A stretch of DNA of 63,933 nt, filler included, from Rhizaria sp. SCN 62-66 (taxonomy: Eukaryota): NCBI GenBank assembly GCA_001724265.1. It is 3 parts of 3 records of this genome, joined end to end, with 100 filler letters (N's around TTAATTAATTAA, not from the genome) between each part and the next. Parts side by side here need not be neighbours in the genome. Positions count along the whole stretch, not along the records: positions 1 to 27,581 come from MEDY01000398.1; positions 27,682 to 55,243 come from MEDY01000399.1; 1 more part is not named here. The stretch is one strand, 5' to 3'. The notes beneath the pieces are model-generated. The model did no database searches, was not told where the DNA came from, and was given only the letters and a program-made list of their open reading frames with translations. Below are positions 26,801 to 41,000 of this stretch, piece by piece. How positions within the stretch are numbered: position 1 is the stretch's first letter; each line of letters opens with the position of its first letter. Both the position numbers and the translations under genes were made by a program.

Positions 26801-27581
26801 GTAAGACTACGCTACGTGCAGAGTACCATGCTGTCTGTGACTACTGTCTCGCGTACTCGTAACGCGATGTTTAAAATAATATCGCATCAAGTATATGTGA
26901 ACAAGATCTAGTGACATTAGTAATATTGAACAGAATGAACTGTCCAACGCGAGGAAATGACACAAAATGAACATGAGTCACAACAGGCACGACAAACACC
27001 AGCTCCAACAACAAGAACATGAACACAAATCACGTCAAATCGAATCAAACCAAACTAAACTAATTGTGACGCTCCATATGGAGTTTGAATAGATGTCCTG
27101 TTGCTTGCGCCGCGCTGCTGCCCCGCATTAGCGGTGCAGTGCGCGGCCGGTGGCCTCAGCGTCTGCTTTTTTACACTTCAAAACACACATATTCCATGCA
27201 CGCTCAGTGCGAAATCTCCGCTACACTTAGAATCACAACATGTAAGAATTACACGAATACACAATTCACATCCTTTGCTTTCATTCATTTTATCTGCGCT
27301 CCTATTGGAAACCCATGTAAAAGGACTTCGCAGTCACTGGCCAACTTGAAGCATGCGTTATCAACTTGAAGAAAACATTCGTAAAGCTTTCCTCTCCAAC
27401 AATAATTCGGTTTATTACAAATTCAGACGGAGAGCTCTGCGAAAAAATATATATGCATTCAGGTTGACGAAGTGCTTCTTGTTATAGACGCTCCGAGAGA
27501 CATCACGCGCCAGGCTGCAGTGAAGAAGGCTCGTTGATAGGAGCGGATCAGATGGCGGCCTGATTTGCTGGACTCGCGGTG

Positions 27582-27681
27582 NNNNNNNNNNNNNNNNNNN
27601 NNNNNNNNNNNNNNNNNNNNNNNNNTTAATTAATTAANNNNNNNNNNNNNNNNNNNNNNNNNNNNNNNNNNNNNNNNNNNN
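27582..27681. other. Artificial contig-joining spacer (N44-TTAATTAATTAA-N44)
   Basis: Exactly 100 nt with a palindromic all-frame stop linker, identical to the spacer at 55244-55343. The following gene begins mid-ORF. Confidence 0.97.
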
Positions 27682-30600
27682 GTGTCCACCGCTGTGGCCG
27701 TGGCCGCCGCGGCCGCGGGCGCCCGCGACGGGCCCGTGCTTGCCGCGCTGCGGCTGCACCTCTTGGCCGAGCTGGCGTCGTTGCCGGCTCCCGCGACCGT
27801 GGCGCTCGTTCCCACAGTCGCAAGCTCCGCTCACGGGCACTCTGCTCACGGTGGCTCCGCGCGGTCGCTCACTCTGCGCTCGCAGTCGTCTGGCTTCGCC
27901 CAGTGGCGTGCTGCTGTCGTACAATGGCAGCAGCTGCAACAGCAGTCGCTCGGCGGTGGTGTGACCAGTCTGCCCCCGCTGCTGCCGGCGACCATGCCCC
28001 ACGTGCCGCTGCTGCAGAGCTCCGGCCTCTTCCTCGCCGCGCCCGCGCTGCCCGCGCCCGGCCGGTGCTTCGCCGCGTCGGCCTCCTCGGTCGCGGTCGA
28101 GTACTCCACTACGGCCTCGGCGCTCGTCCCCGAACACGGCCGCGCGATGGCGCTCCGTAGCAGCAGTGCGTACAGCATGAGCAAAGCTGACTATGACGCG
28201 GACGCGTTCTCGAGCAATCAACTCGTGTTCAATGCCAACACAAGCGCGCTGCGCAACGCCGTCGTGCCGGGCACTGCTGGCGCGGTCACGTCTCTGACTG
28301 CGCTCAATACCCACGGCGACGACCTCGTCTGCGAGACTGCCGCCGCCGCGACCGCTGGGAGTGCTACTATCGCTAAGATGGGCGACGACTCTACGAGCGG
28401 CCTAACTTCTGCTGCGAGCGGCTTGGCCTCTTTCCTCCCCGCAGCGCCGACCGAGGTCGCCGTGCACCGCCTGTTGACGCCCCTGACGCCCCTACAGCGC
28501 GCCGCCACGCGCCTGGCGTTACTCCGGGCCCTCAGCGAGGTGAACTTTGCCGACCTGGCGCCGCTGCTTCCGCCCTCGACGCTGTGCGACCTTGCGATGC
28601 TGTACTCCGAAGGCGCGGACGTCGCCGTGTTCGTGCCCGCGCTTGAGCGCGTGGCGCTCTGGGCGCAGTCGCTTTCCTCGGGCGTGGCCTCAAGTGAGAA
28701 CAGCGATGCGGGGGCGAGTAAGACAGCGGCGGGAGCTGTGCGGGATGACAACGGGGACGCGACTATCAATAACAACGAAGATGACGACGCCGATGTCGAC
28801 GCCGAAGTTGACGAAGCCGAGGCTGACATCGACGACAACTCTGGCGAAGGCGACGATGGTGACGCTCAGATCGAAGATGAAGACGAGGACGAGGACGAGG
28901 AAGGCGGCGCCGATGATGGCGACGACGGCGACGACGAGAACAACAGCCGCGGCACGAAGCGAGCGAACGGTGATCACGACGACGACGACGACACTCGTGA
29001 CGTTGACGCTGATCACTCTGGCGTGGCCATGCCCGCTGCCACCGGCAGCCGCGCCCGCGCCCGCGCCACCGCCGCCGCCGCCGCCGTCGCCGCCGCCGCC
29101 GCTGGCTCGGACGCGCTCTCCCGCCGCTCGCGCCGCGTGTCGACCGCTGCCGCCGGCTCTAACCCGTCCGCCACCGCTGGCTCCGCGTCGGCGTCGTCGG
29201 CAGGCGCTGCATCTGCCTCCGGCTCTGGCTCTGCTGCGGCTGCACCTGCAGGGGCAGCGGCGGGCGCCAGTCAGTCTGCCGGCGCTGGCACTGGTGCTTC
29301 GGGTGCGAATGCTCTGCTCGACAGCGTCGAGGCGCTTGACGAGTACGGCCTGCCGCTGATCTACACGGGCCGCTCCAGCGCCAGCGACGGGTCTGACCCT
29401 GGTCGCAATCATGTCAGCGGCCGCGGCGGCAGCAGCGGTCGTGGCCGTGGCCGTGGTCGTGGCCGTGGCCGTGGCCGCGGGCACGGGCGCCCTGGGACGA
29501 CGAGCTTCCTCTCGCACTTCGCAAACGCGGACGTCAACGGCAGTGCCGGTGTCGATGAGTTTGGCCACAAGCTGGTTGCTGCTGCCCAACAAGGCGGGGA
29601 GAGCGGAGAGCCGGTCAAGCGCCCCCGCGGCCGTCCCCGTGGCAGCGGCAGCGGCGCCCCCAGTACGTCTGCTCCTGACGCTGATAACGCCGACGCAGAC
29701 CCCAGCAGCTCCGCCGTTGTCGCTGCGGCCCCCAAGCCCGTCTGGCCTCCCCAGGACCCCACCGCCTCCTCGGACGTCGATCTCGCTCTGGCCGGCGATT
29801 ATGACGACGACGACGCGCTGGCGGCCGCGGCGCCCGCCTCGCGCGGCCCCGTGTCGGCGGCGGCGCTGCGCGCGCACCTGTCCTCGCGCCGCGGCCGCGC
29901 GCTGACGCTGGCGCTCACTGAGCTCATCGCGACGCTGCGCGCCATCGCCACCCACCCGATGCTGTCGCCGCACGGCGCCGGGCCCTCGCTGCTCGGCTTT
30001 GACGGCGCGCCGCTGAGCCACCTGCCAGCCGCGGCCGCGGCGGCGCTCGAGCCGGCTACGGGCAGCAGCGACGACACGGCGGCCGCAGCGGCCGCGGCGG
30101 CGGCCTCGGCGGCCGCGGCGGCTGCGGCCGACGCCGCTGCAGGCAAGGCCAGCCCCGAAGCCGTGGCTGAGGCAGTGCGGGCGGCTGCGGCGGCGGGCCG
30201 CGCCGCTGCGAGGATCACGCAGGCTCGCTTCGACATCATCATGGGCACCCCGGGCACTGTCAACGCGGCCGCCAAAGAGAGCGTGGGTGCGGGCGCGAAC
30301 GAGAACTCGCTGATTGACGTCGACGCGCTCAAGGCGGCGACAGTGGCGGCGGCGGAGGCGGGAGGTGACGAATCTGCGGAGCAGGGCTTCGTCACTGTCA
30401 ATGGCTCCCGGGTCAGCACTAAGGGCCTGCACTGGCGTCACCGGGTGAAGCTCGAGCGCGCAGCCGCCGCGGCCAACGCCGCAGGCTCTGAGGTCGTTGA
30501 CAACGACGAAAGCAGCGGCGCCAGCGCCAGCGCCAGCACCAATGCTGGCGGTGCTGGCCAAGGGCTCGTGGGTATGATCGCGCTCGCGCGCCGCAGCGGT

Positions 30601-33600
30601 CCGCGGCCCCGCGCGCTCAGGGCGTTCCTCGCGCTCGGCTTCGACCTCCTGCGCCCGATGCGCACGCTGGGCGACGCCGCGGTCGCCAAGATGTTCTACG
30701 GGTGGTTCCGCAAGAACATCTGCCGCTCCGGCAAGTTTCTGGCGCTCGACAACCTCATCACCAACATCTTCTACCCTCACGCCGCGAACGCCAACGAGAG
30801 CGGTGCGAGCGCGAGTGGTGCAGCGGACTCTATCAGTACGACACTGCTGTCAACGCCGCAGCCCCGCAAACTGGTGCTGCTCACCTCGTACGGCGACGCC
30901 ATTCCGCTGCTGCACACGCTGTGTCTCGCGCGCGGCCTCTCGGTCACCGCCGTTGACGCTGACGCGCCGACCAGCATGCTCGCGCGCGCCGTCGCCGCGT
31001 TCAACCTACCCATCCGCACCCACAGTCAACATAGCACAGCGAGCAGTGGCAGCGCTTCCGCGGGCAGCGACAGTGTGTTCCTGACGTCCTCGGCGGCGGC
31101 GGCGCCGCATGTGCTGGTGATGCTCACCGCGGCGGCCGCGCTGGCGCCCGCGGTTACGGGCGCGGACGCCATCGTGGTGACGGAGCCCGCGCTGCAGTGC
31201 CCCGACGTCGAGGCCGTGCTCGAGAACGCCGCCCGCGAGGAAGACTCGCTGCGCTGCGTCGCACGCTACTACCTGGCCAACCCCGCCGCGCTCGGGTCAT
31301 GTCTCAGCATTGAAGCGACAGCCAATAGCGCGAATATCGCGAACGGCGACGGCAACAGCTCTGCGGCGGTCGCGGCCAACAGCGCTGCGTACGCGGCCGG
31401 TGCGCTGGGACGCGTGGTTTTCACGCCTCAGCGCGCCGTGCCCGTGCCCGCGGTCGGCGCCGGGTGGACCTGGACGCCCGTGCATGGCCTGCGCCACAGT
31501 GAGGAGAATGAAGTTGGCAGCAGCGCCAACGCGAGCGAGAATGAGCACGATGACAATGATGACGACGACGACAACGAAGACAACGCTGCCGGTGCGAAGC
31601 CGAAGGCGCTCGTTGGTCGCAATGCGGACGCGGCGCAGGCCACAAAGAGCAGCAGTCGTAAGGATTCGTACTTCCTCAGCCTCGTCAGCCGCGGCGGCCG
31701 CGGCGGCGGTCGGCCGAGCCGTGGCGGCGGCCGCGGCGGCTCTGCCAGCCGTGGCGGCGTCAGCCGCAGCAGCCTCGCCGAGCCTGGCGCTGCAGCCGGC
31801 GGCGGCGCCGGCAGCGACGCGAGCGACGGCGAGAACAGCGGCGATGACGCCGACACGTCCCTGCCCAAGACCTCGGTCGGCCGGCAGCTCAACCTGTTCG
31901 CGACCGTCACCTGTGCTGCCACGGGCAGCGAGCTCGCGGTCGACCTCGCGTTGATCGCGCGCGCTCTAGCGCTGCGGCCGCGCGCGGCGCCACTGCCTGT
32001 GTACGAGCTCGTCACCGAGGGCAGCGTCGAGGAGGAGCTGACTGCGTACGCGCTGGCGCGGGCGCGTGTCCTCGGCGCGGTCGCGGCGGGGCCCGCGGGC
32101 GCGAAGCATTCGCTGCAGGACCTCGTCGAGCGCACCACCAACACTGCGCATGATGCGCAGAGTAACACCAACCGCAGCAGCACCGTGAACGCCAACGAGT
32201 CTAGTGTCGCTACGAACAGCATCAGCAAGACTACTGAGAAAGCTCGTAACGACGCGCTTGTTGTCCCATCTCTTGTTTTCGAGCATCTGACGCACCTTTC
32301 CCAGCGCGCGCGCCGCTTCGCGCGCCACCTATCGCTGTTCCAGACCGCGCCCTCGCTGCCCGCCGACTGCGTGACGCCGCTCGACGCGCTCGCGCTGCTG
32401 CTGCGGCCCTTCGCGCGCGCCGTGTCCGACGCCGGCCTCGACGAATGGCGCAAGCGCGACGCCGAAGCCGCAGACGAGGTGCTGGCTGTGGGCGTCGCGG
32501 CGCAGAAGGAGTTAGACGCGTTCTACGCCGCCAACGGGCTCACGCACGCTGAGGCTGTTCGGTTCCTTACAAGCACCGACGGCAGCGACATCGCTGCAAC
32601 CGCATCTGGCTTTACTCAGCCGCTCATTAAGGCGGAGATCAAGACTGAGACTGATGCGAAGACCTGCTCCGACGCGTCTCACAGTGACGCGGCGACGAGC
32701 AGCGGCGGCTGCCCCGCGTGCGCGGCGCCCGCCGCGGCGCTGCGCTGGCAGGCCGTGCACCTGGGCGGCGTGCTGCCCACCGAGGCCGCGGCGTGGCGCG
32801 GGCCCGGCGCGCCCCAGTGCGCCGCGGGCGGCGGTGACAGCTGCAGCACGCGTGACGGCGGGAGCCGTAGCGCCAGCAGCAGCGCCAGCGCGGGGGCGGG
32901 TGTCGCGATGAGCGACGACTCCGGAGCCAGCGCGAGCGCGAGTGCGGGTGCGGGTGTGTGCGACGGCAGCCGCGCCGCGGTGACGATGGCGGACGTGGCG
33001 GCGGGATGCGTGTGGGCGATTGAGACCGACGCGGCCACCGACGCTAGCGTCCCTTGTTGTGATATCTCTCTCGTCACCACGAACGCGACCGGTGCTGGTT
33101 CTAGCTCTAGTGGGAGTGGGAATACTGGTGGAGCCTACTACAGCTCGTTCCGCGCCCCCTGGTACCACGACGCGTCTCCCTTCCTCGCACGCATGCTGCA
33201 GGCGGCTTCACTTAAGTTCGCGCCGTTCACGCTGCCCAGCGCGACGCTGCCTGTCACACTTGCATTGTCTGATAGCAACAGTCGTGATATCAAGGACGGC
33301 GGTAATGCGAGTGCGAGTGTCAGCGGTCCGACTGACCGCGGCGACGGATGGCTGCCAGCCGCTGGTGGGTTTGCGCTTGCCAACGACAAAAATGACAGCA
33401 TAGACAGCAGCAGCATGACTTATATCGACACTGACAGTGTCCGCAGCGCTGCTCCTTTGTTTACACCTCGCATCCGCTTTATCACCCGCATTTGCCCTCG
33501 CCCTCACCCCAACGCTACCGCTCACACGAGCGTGAACATCGCGAAGCCGGTCATGTACGCTGTCACCACCCTGCGCGACGTGGCCTCCTCGGCTCTAAGT

Positions 33601-35041
33601 ACCCCCTTAGTGGTCGTCCACGCGGCCCCGCTCGCGCCTCTCGCGCTCGCCGCGGCCCTGCGCCCGCTGCTCGCTCTGTCGCGCCGGCCGCTGCGGTACA
33701 ACCCCTTCCACCGCGCCCGCCTGACCGACATCGCGATGAGCTGCCGCGACGCGCAGCAGTCGGTCTGGCTCGGCAAGGCGGCGCGCGAGCGCGCGGCTGC
33801 GAAGATCGCGCAGGCGGTTGCGTATGGGGAGCGGAGTGCTGTCCGCGGCAAGAGCGCTTACGCGGCTAAGTGGGCTACTTACATGTCGGCTATTGACCCC
33901 CAGTCGCTGCCGTACACGGCCGCCCTCAGCATTGTCAACGCCGCCAACGGCAACAAGCTGCAAACTGCCGTTACCGTCAAGCCCTCTGTCGTCGCAATGT
34001 CCGACAGCAGCAACAACGACAGAAGCGACAATGCGAAGGCCTCCGCCTCGACTGCGACTCCGACGGCTGCGCTGCTGCCTCCTTGTGCGTACTTCGTGCC
34101 CGAGTCCCGCGCCAGCGACGCGGCCTTCGTGGCCCGCGCGCGCGCCTGGCGTCTGCGCGACCCGCTGCAGCGCGCCCAGTGGCTGCAGGCGCGCGAGCAG
34201 TATCTGCGCTGGCATGAGTGGGTGCAAAGGAGCCAACAAACGGCCCCAACCGCCGCAGGCTCCAGCGACAGCGGCTCTGCGAGCGTGAGTGCTGCTTTCC
34301 CCAGCACGGTCGTTGTGCGCGATGAAGCCGGCACGCTGCGCACGCTGCGCTCTGCCGGGCTCACGCCGCGCGTGCTGGCGGGCGTTATCGCGATGCCGAC
34401 GCCGCCCCCGCACGCAGTGAGCCTGGTTGCGCTGCAGCTGCGCGCCGCGGCCTACGTCGATGGGCTGCTGCTTCACGCCATTCCCGCGACTACTCAGGCG
34501 AACAGCAGCACTGCTAGTTCTAGCTCTAGCCCTCCCGCTACTACAAGTATGTGTGCCACTGCTAGCTCTGAGCCTTGCTTCCCCGTCGGTTCCGCCCCCG
34601 CCGTGCTGGCCCTGACCGCCCTCACGGCCACGCTGTACTACCAGGCGCCGCACCGGCCTGAGCTGGCCGCCGTGCTGGCGCTGCAGCCGCCCGCGCGGCC
34701 GCAGCCGCACCGGTCCACGCCCCCGCTGAGCGCGCTCGAAGAAGCCTTCGCTGCCGCGGCCGCAGCCACGCCCGCTGCTGCCACCGCCGCGAGGGATGGC
34801 AACGAGGCAGTGGCGATGTCACGGTCGTCGCTCGTGCCGCGCAGCAGCGAGGCCGCCGTCGTCGCCGCCGCGACACAGTGGATGCCGGCCTTCGCGGCTG
34901 CAGTTGTCACGGCCGCCATCGCCGGCGCGCGCAAGGCCAGCTCCGTCGCGGACGCGATGGCGCCGCTCAAGGGCGCCGACGCCACCGCTGCGACCGGCGC
35001 CGCCGCGTCAACGTCGATGCCGACGACCAGTGCGGCCGCGA

Positions 35042-35073
<32 letters not shown>

Positions 35074-38000
35074 GCTGCTGGCGATGGTGATACCATGACT
35101 CTCGGCGCGAGCGCTGCCGCGGGCGCCAGCGCCAAGTCGCTGCCCGCGCTGTGCTGGCTAACCAACCCCGCGCCGCCGCTGCCGTGGGCGTTGCCGCACG
35201 CGCCCTCCTGCCCTACGGTCGCCCCCGTCCTCGCCGCGACCATCAGCGTCTCGGGCAGCACCGGGGGCGGCTCTGCGACGGCTCCCGGTGCCGGCGCAAG
35301 CGGCGCGCCCGTCGTCGGCCCGGCGCGGCTGCTGTCTTACCTCTCTCTCATCAACGTCACTTTCACCCGCGGCCCCGGCAGCGGCGGCGGCAGCCTCCGC
35401 GCCGGCCACCTCCGCGCGCCGCAGCCCGCGGCGCTGCGCGAGCTCCGCGAGGCTCTGCGCGCGCAGCAGCGGCGTTTGCGCACGACATTGCCCTTCTGCG
35501 CGCCGCTTAAGGTCACCGCGCGCCGCGCCGCCGCGGGGCAGGGCTACTGCGGCGCTCTTGCGATCGAGTTCGCCAGCGGCAGCGGGCTCAGCCGCAACGC
35601 TCTGCTGGTCAGCGACGGCAAGCGCGCTGGGTCTCTCGATGGTGGCGACGACGACGATGACGACGACGACGGCGACGCCCAGGAGGAGGAAGAGGAAGAA
35701 GACGAGGACGCCGCTGGCGCGATCGACGGGGACGTCGCTCTGCCTGCAGGTGGGATGCGCGGCGGACTCATGCGGGCCGCGGCCGCGGCCGCCGCCATTC
35801 AGAACACTGCGGACGCGGTCCTGGACCGTCTGCCCACGCCCTCGTGCGTGCGCACCACCGCGAGCGGCGTCAGCTACATCCTCGCGCGCGACCTGGCCTC
35901 GGCGGAGCCCTCCGCGACCGTACCGGCGATGATGACGTCCTTGACCACGCTCGCGCTCGCGGCGCCCAACGTTGCCACGCACGTCGCTGTTGCGTCGGGC
36001 TACTCGACCGCGATCAGCAGCAACGCCGGCGTGAACGCGTCCTCGAGCACGAGTGGGGCCAGTAACACCATGCACTCGTACGCGTCTAGTGCGACGCCAT
36101 CTTATGCCTCAAACATCGCCAACCCCGCCGAAATCAGCACATATGCTGCTGCGGATGCTACTGTTGCAGATGATGCTGCTGCCGCTGCTGAGGATGATAG
36201 TGACCGCAACAAGCCCCCGGTGTTCAGATACGCAGGTGCCTACCTGCAGTGGCCTCTCGGCGCGGCCCGCGCGCGCGTAACACACTCGTTCGCGGCCCTC
36301 GCTGGGCTCGCAGCCGAGGAAGACGCGCTCCGCAGCCGCAGCGGCGCGGAGGCGCTCAGTGCCGCGCCCACGCACGCGCGCGCGCTGCCGCCGGCGCTCG
36401 TTCCGCCCGCGCTCTCGCTCGTCGCGGCCACCGTAATGCGCTACACTGCGCTCTGCAACGCGCTGCCCACCGAGCCCGGGTCGACTGTGCGCGTGACGGC
36501 CTCGGGCTCCGTGGCGACGCCCTATCTGCCCCGGCCGCTCACGGCGGTCGAGGCGCTGCTCGAGCGCGTCCGCCTGCTCCCGCTGTCAGCGCGCTACACG
36601 CCCGCGCTCAACGCGAAGCTCTGGGCGCCCGACGCGCGCGACGACGACGACGCAGCCGCCGCGGCCGCGGTGTCCGCCCAGGCCGTCACCAGCGCCGCCG
36701 GCAGCCAAACGAGCGGCGCTAGCGGCGGCAGCAGTCTCAGGCGGTCGTCTGTGCAAAAGGGGCTGCGTAGCCTCCGCGTGAGGCTCACCCTCAACGGGCA
36801 GCCCGCGCTGGCCCCCAGCGCCGCTAGCTCCAGCGCCAGCTCCAGCTCCAGCGGCAGCGACAGCTCTGTGCTCATCGCCAAGCCCGACCTGGTCGCCGCC
36901 GCCGCCCTCGAGTTCACCGCGCGCGGCTGGCCAGTGTGGCACGCGCTCAGCAAGCACTATCACACTGAGGGCGAGCGGTTCCACGGGCAGCTTGCGGCCC
37001 TGGTCGCGGGGGGACGTCCGAGCATGCGCACGGCCCCGCAGCTCGCCGAGGAGGCCGCGCAGGCCGACGCCGACGCTGGTCGCGCGGTCGCACTGCGCCA
37101 ATGCAACCCATGGGACGTCTCCGAGCACGCGGCGCAGCTCCAGCGCGTTCTCGCGGCGAGGGCGGCGGGCGCGTCCCCGTGGGCCGCCATGAGCGACATC
37201 TCGGACAGCAGCGACGACGACTACGAGCTCAGTGATAGCGAGAGCGTCGGGGACGTCGACTGCGACGACACGGGCATGCCACTGCCGGGCGCGTGGAGCA
37301 GCATCGTGCTCAAGCTCCACAAGACCAGCGCGCGCAGTGCGCACATCGCGCGCGCTAGAGCGAGCGCGAACGCCGACGCTGCTTCGACTGAAGCGGCAAA
37401 CTCTCTTTCTACTGACGCTCCTCGTGCTAGGAGCAGTGCTGACGTGAAGCCTTTCAGTGTCAGCTCTCGCAGCAGTGACAGTCACGGAAGCGTGGCTGCA
37501 CTGGCAGTGCCCATCGGCGTCGTCGGCGGCGTCTTGAGCCCCGCCGCCTCTTCGGGTGCGCTTGTTGCCGGCGGCGGCAGCGTGATTGCCGGCGGTCTCG
37601 AAGCTGGGGGGCCGCTTGTGCCCATGCACACGCTCGTCGTGCCCGTCGCCGACTGCCCCATCACCGACCTCCGCGTCGTCGACGTCGACACCGCGTCGGC
37701 CGCAAGCTCGCACCCTGGCACTGGCACCGCGGGTCGCGGCCGCCGCGAAGCCGCCTCTGCCGCCGCTGCGGCTACCGCCGCGGACGCGGGTCTGTCGCAG
37801 CAGGTGCTCGACTCGCTGGGCCCCTACGGCTGCGTCGTGCGCTGCCAGTCGTGCGCCTTGTGGTACTCGTCCGTCGCAGTGGGCCTCACACAGAGCCCGC
37901 TGGAGCCCGCGGTGGGGCCCGCGGCCACCGCCGGGGCCGCGCGCGTGGTCGCAGCCGCCGCCACCGCTGCAGCTAACGGCGGCAGCAGTGATGGCAGCCA

Positions 38001-41000
38001 GGCACAGCTGGTGCCACGGTGTGTCGAGGCGCTGGAGATGCTGCCTCGCTGGCACTGCCTCAACTGCATCGCGTTGACACCCGCGGCGAATGTGAGCACT
38101 GCGGAGTCTCTCGACGCCGCCAATGAGGCGCTCGCGCCGAGCATTGCTCAGACCGAGGCCAAGACTGAGAATGGGACCGAGACGGCGTCTGTTGCTGCTG
38201 ATACCGCCGCTGCTAAGGTTGATACAGTGGTGAAGACTGAGCCTGGTCCAACTGTCAGCGTGACCGACACTGACGCACCGATCAAGACTGAGCCGACGCT
38301 GCGCTACAGCAATGCATCAGCCGATAGTAGCGCTCCTCACAGTGCCAGCTCCAGTGCCATTGTCACCGACGCCACGCCGGTGACTGCTCGCGCAGGCCTC
38401 ATCCTCGTCTCGCAGCACACTCTGATGCGGCTGTCGCACCTGGGCAACGAACGCCACGTGGGCAAGCTCGAAACTGCGGCCATCGCGCGGGCCAACAGCA
38501 CGAACCTCAGCGCACTCAAGTCCCCGATCGCGACTCCCAACGGTGCGAATATCGGCGGTGTTGGCATGATCCCGCGCGACCTGGTCCCTGCGCTGCACAC
38601 ACGCGGCAACTTCTGCGCCGTCCGCAAGACGCGCGCCAAGGAGTATTCACTGATGCGCACTGCGCTGCTCGTGAACCTTGGCTTCCGCGTGCCGTTTGGC
38701 TACGCGCTTGACTGCGACGCCGCGCTCTCTGCGCTCACCGCTGCAGAGGCTGTCGCGAGCGGCAGCTCCACTCTTGCGAGCGCCGCGCTTGCCGACGGCA
38801 ACGAGGGCGACGAGGACGGCGGTGAGCAGCACCAGGAGCAAGACCTGGACGATGGCGGCAGCCGCCGGCGGTCGTCGCGCACTGTCGCTATTGCCGCCGC
38901 CGCCCGCGCGCGCCCCGCCGGCCCCACCACCGCGCGCGGCGTGCTCTCGCAGACCTTCCGCTCCGGGCTGGTTTACCCGGTCCCGCGCGCGCCGCTCTCG
39001 CGCGCCTGCCTCTGCTGCGGCTCGGCGCGGTACTGCCTGCGCGCGCTGCTATGCCTCGACCCCGAGTACGCGGTCGCGGGCACCACCGCGGTCACGAGCG
39101 CCGCGGCCGCCGCGATCGTCAACGAACGGCGCGCGCTGCTCGCCCAGTCCCGTCGTGAACTGAAGGCTGCGCTCGCGGGCACGGGACGGAACAAGGCCAC
39201 GAGCGGCGGCAGCAGCAGCGACCTGTCGGCGCTGAGTCTTAACGTCAACGCCTCCTCTGACGCAAGCTCTGCTTACGCCACCAGTGGCGGCTGCATCAGC
39301 GGCGAGGACGACAATGAGTTCGAGGAGCCCTCGGCCGCGGCGCTTGGTTTCGCCGACGATGACTGTGACTGGAACGCGATGCGCGCCGCGGGCGTCAGCG
39401 CGGCGGAGATCGCTCAGCGCCGCGAGCGGATGCGGGGCCAGAAGCAGGCTGACCGGGCGGATCACGCGCGCGCGAGGGCGGAGGCCAAGGCGCAGCGCCG
39501 CCGCGAGCGCGCGGCAGCCGCCGCCTCCGGGGGCCACGGTTACGGCCAAAGCCACAAGAGCCACAAGAGCAAGAGCGCTAGCAGTAGCAGTGCCGCGAGC
39601 GGGAAGCGGCTGCGCGTGCGCAACCGCGGCATCGGCGCCGCATCCGTCGCGGCCACGGCGGCCGCGGGCGCGCTCGTCGTCAAGATCACGGAGCAGGGCA
39701 CTGCGTGGGTGCCACCGGTCACGGGCATGCCGCTGGCGGACATTCTGACCGCGCTGGGCACCGCGACGGAGAGCGGTGGCGGCGGCGTTGGCGCGCCGAG
39801 CCGGTACGCGCAGGCGCTCGCTGAGGCCCGGAAGGTGGCCCCGGTCAGCGAAACGGAAGCGCTCACGATCGCTGGCTTTATCACGAGCTCGAGCGCCACC
39901 GCTGCTGACTCCGGTACCGCTGGTGCCAATGCTAGCGAGTCCGCTGCTGCTGCTGACGCAAAGACTGTGATGACCGACAGCGACAACGCAAAGACCACCA
40001 CTGACACCTCCACTGACACCGCGAACTCTACTGCGATCGCAAGCGCAAGTGCAAGTGGTGCGGGTTCAACCGTTGTGGACGTCAACTTCAAGTGGGCCCA
40101 GTCGCTGCGTTACACCGGCGCGCCCCTGACCACTGCGCAGATTGCTCTGCTCAAGCTGTGCTTTGAGGAGCGGCTTAACTTCCTCTCGCGCTTCACAGTC
40201 AACCGCAACGCGTATCACGCCAGCGCGATGGTGGCGCATAGCGCGAGGCGCGCACGCGACGAGTCGGTGCTTCTTGACCAACAAGGACAACAGCAGCAAA
40301 ACGCGCAGTTTGTTGTTCCTCTTGAAGACCCCATCGCGGGCAGCGGCGATATCGTCACTGCTGACCTGCGTGCGGTGTTGATGGCCAACAAGCTCATGCG
40401 CCAGGGCATGGACACAGTCAAGGTTCCCGTCGGCAGCACCGACATGAGCACGTTCGCCAACACGGACCCCAGCGTGAGCACCTCGAGTGCCACCGACAGT
40501 GCGGGCGCCACCACGGCCACCGCGGCAGCGCCCACAGTGATCGCAACGGAAGACACTCCAATGACGCCCTGGGTGCTGGTGCAAAGCAGCGCCAACAGCG
40601 GCTGCGGCTTCGCGCTGCCTACCGAGCTCCGCGGTGACTTACTGCTTGCGACTCACGCCTTTGTGGAGAGCCCGCTGAGCATCCCGTCGCGGCACTGGAA
40701 GAGCGAGGCCGTGCAGAGCTGGCTGGCCGCCGTGCTGGCCGCTCTCGCGCTTTCGCGCGACAACAGCGGCAACGGCAACGGCAACGGCAACGACGGCGAC
40801 AATATGAACGCTGCGAGTGATTCTGCTGAGGCTGCTGGTGAAACTGAGGCTGATGCTGCCAAGGCTGCTGCTGCCGCTGCTAAGGCGAAGGCTGCAGAGG
40901 CCGAGGCCAAGGCCGCTGCTGCCGACAAGGCCGCTGCCGATGCCGCCATTGCCTTGGCCGGCGAGTTAGAGCTCTCCGGCGATGACCTTCTCTTGCTGAC

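Noticed and set aside
27460-27581. VDEVLLVIDAP fragment at the end of the first contig as the middle DDE motif of a transposase
   Set aside because: Too short and broken by stops; the resemblance may be chance.
27582-27681. TTAATTAATTAA palindrome within N runs (also 55288-55299) as a biological element
   Set aside because: It is an identical 100-nt artificial all-frame stop spacer. Genes are cut at the joins, and the piece lengths (27581 and 27562) suggest length-sorted concatenation, so adjacency across spacers means nothing.
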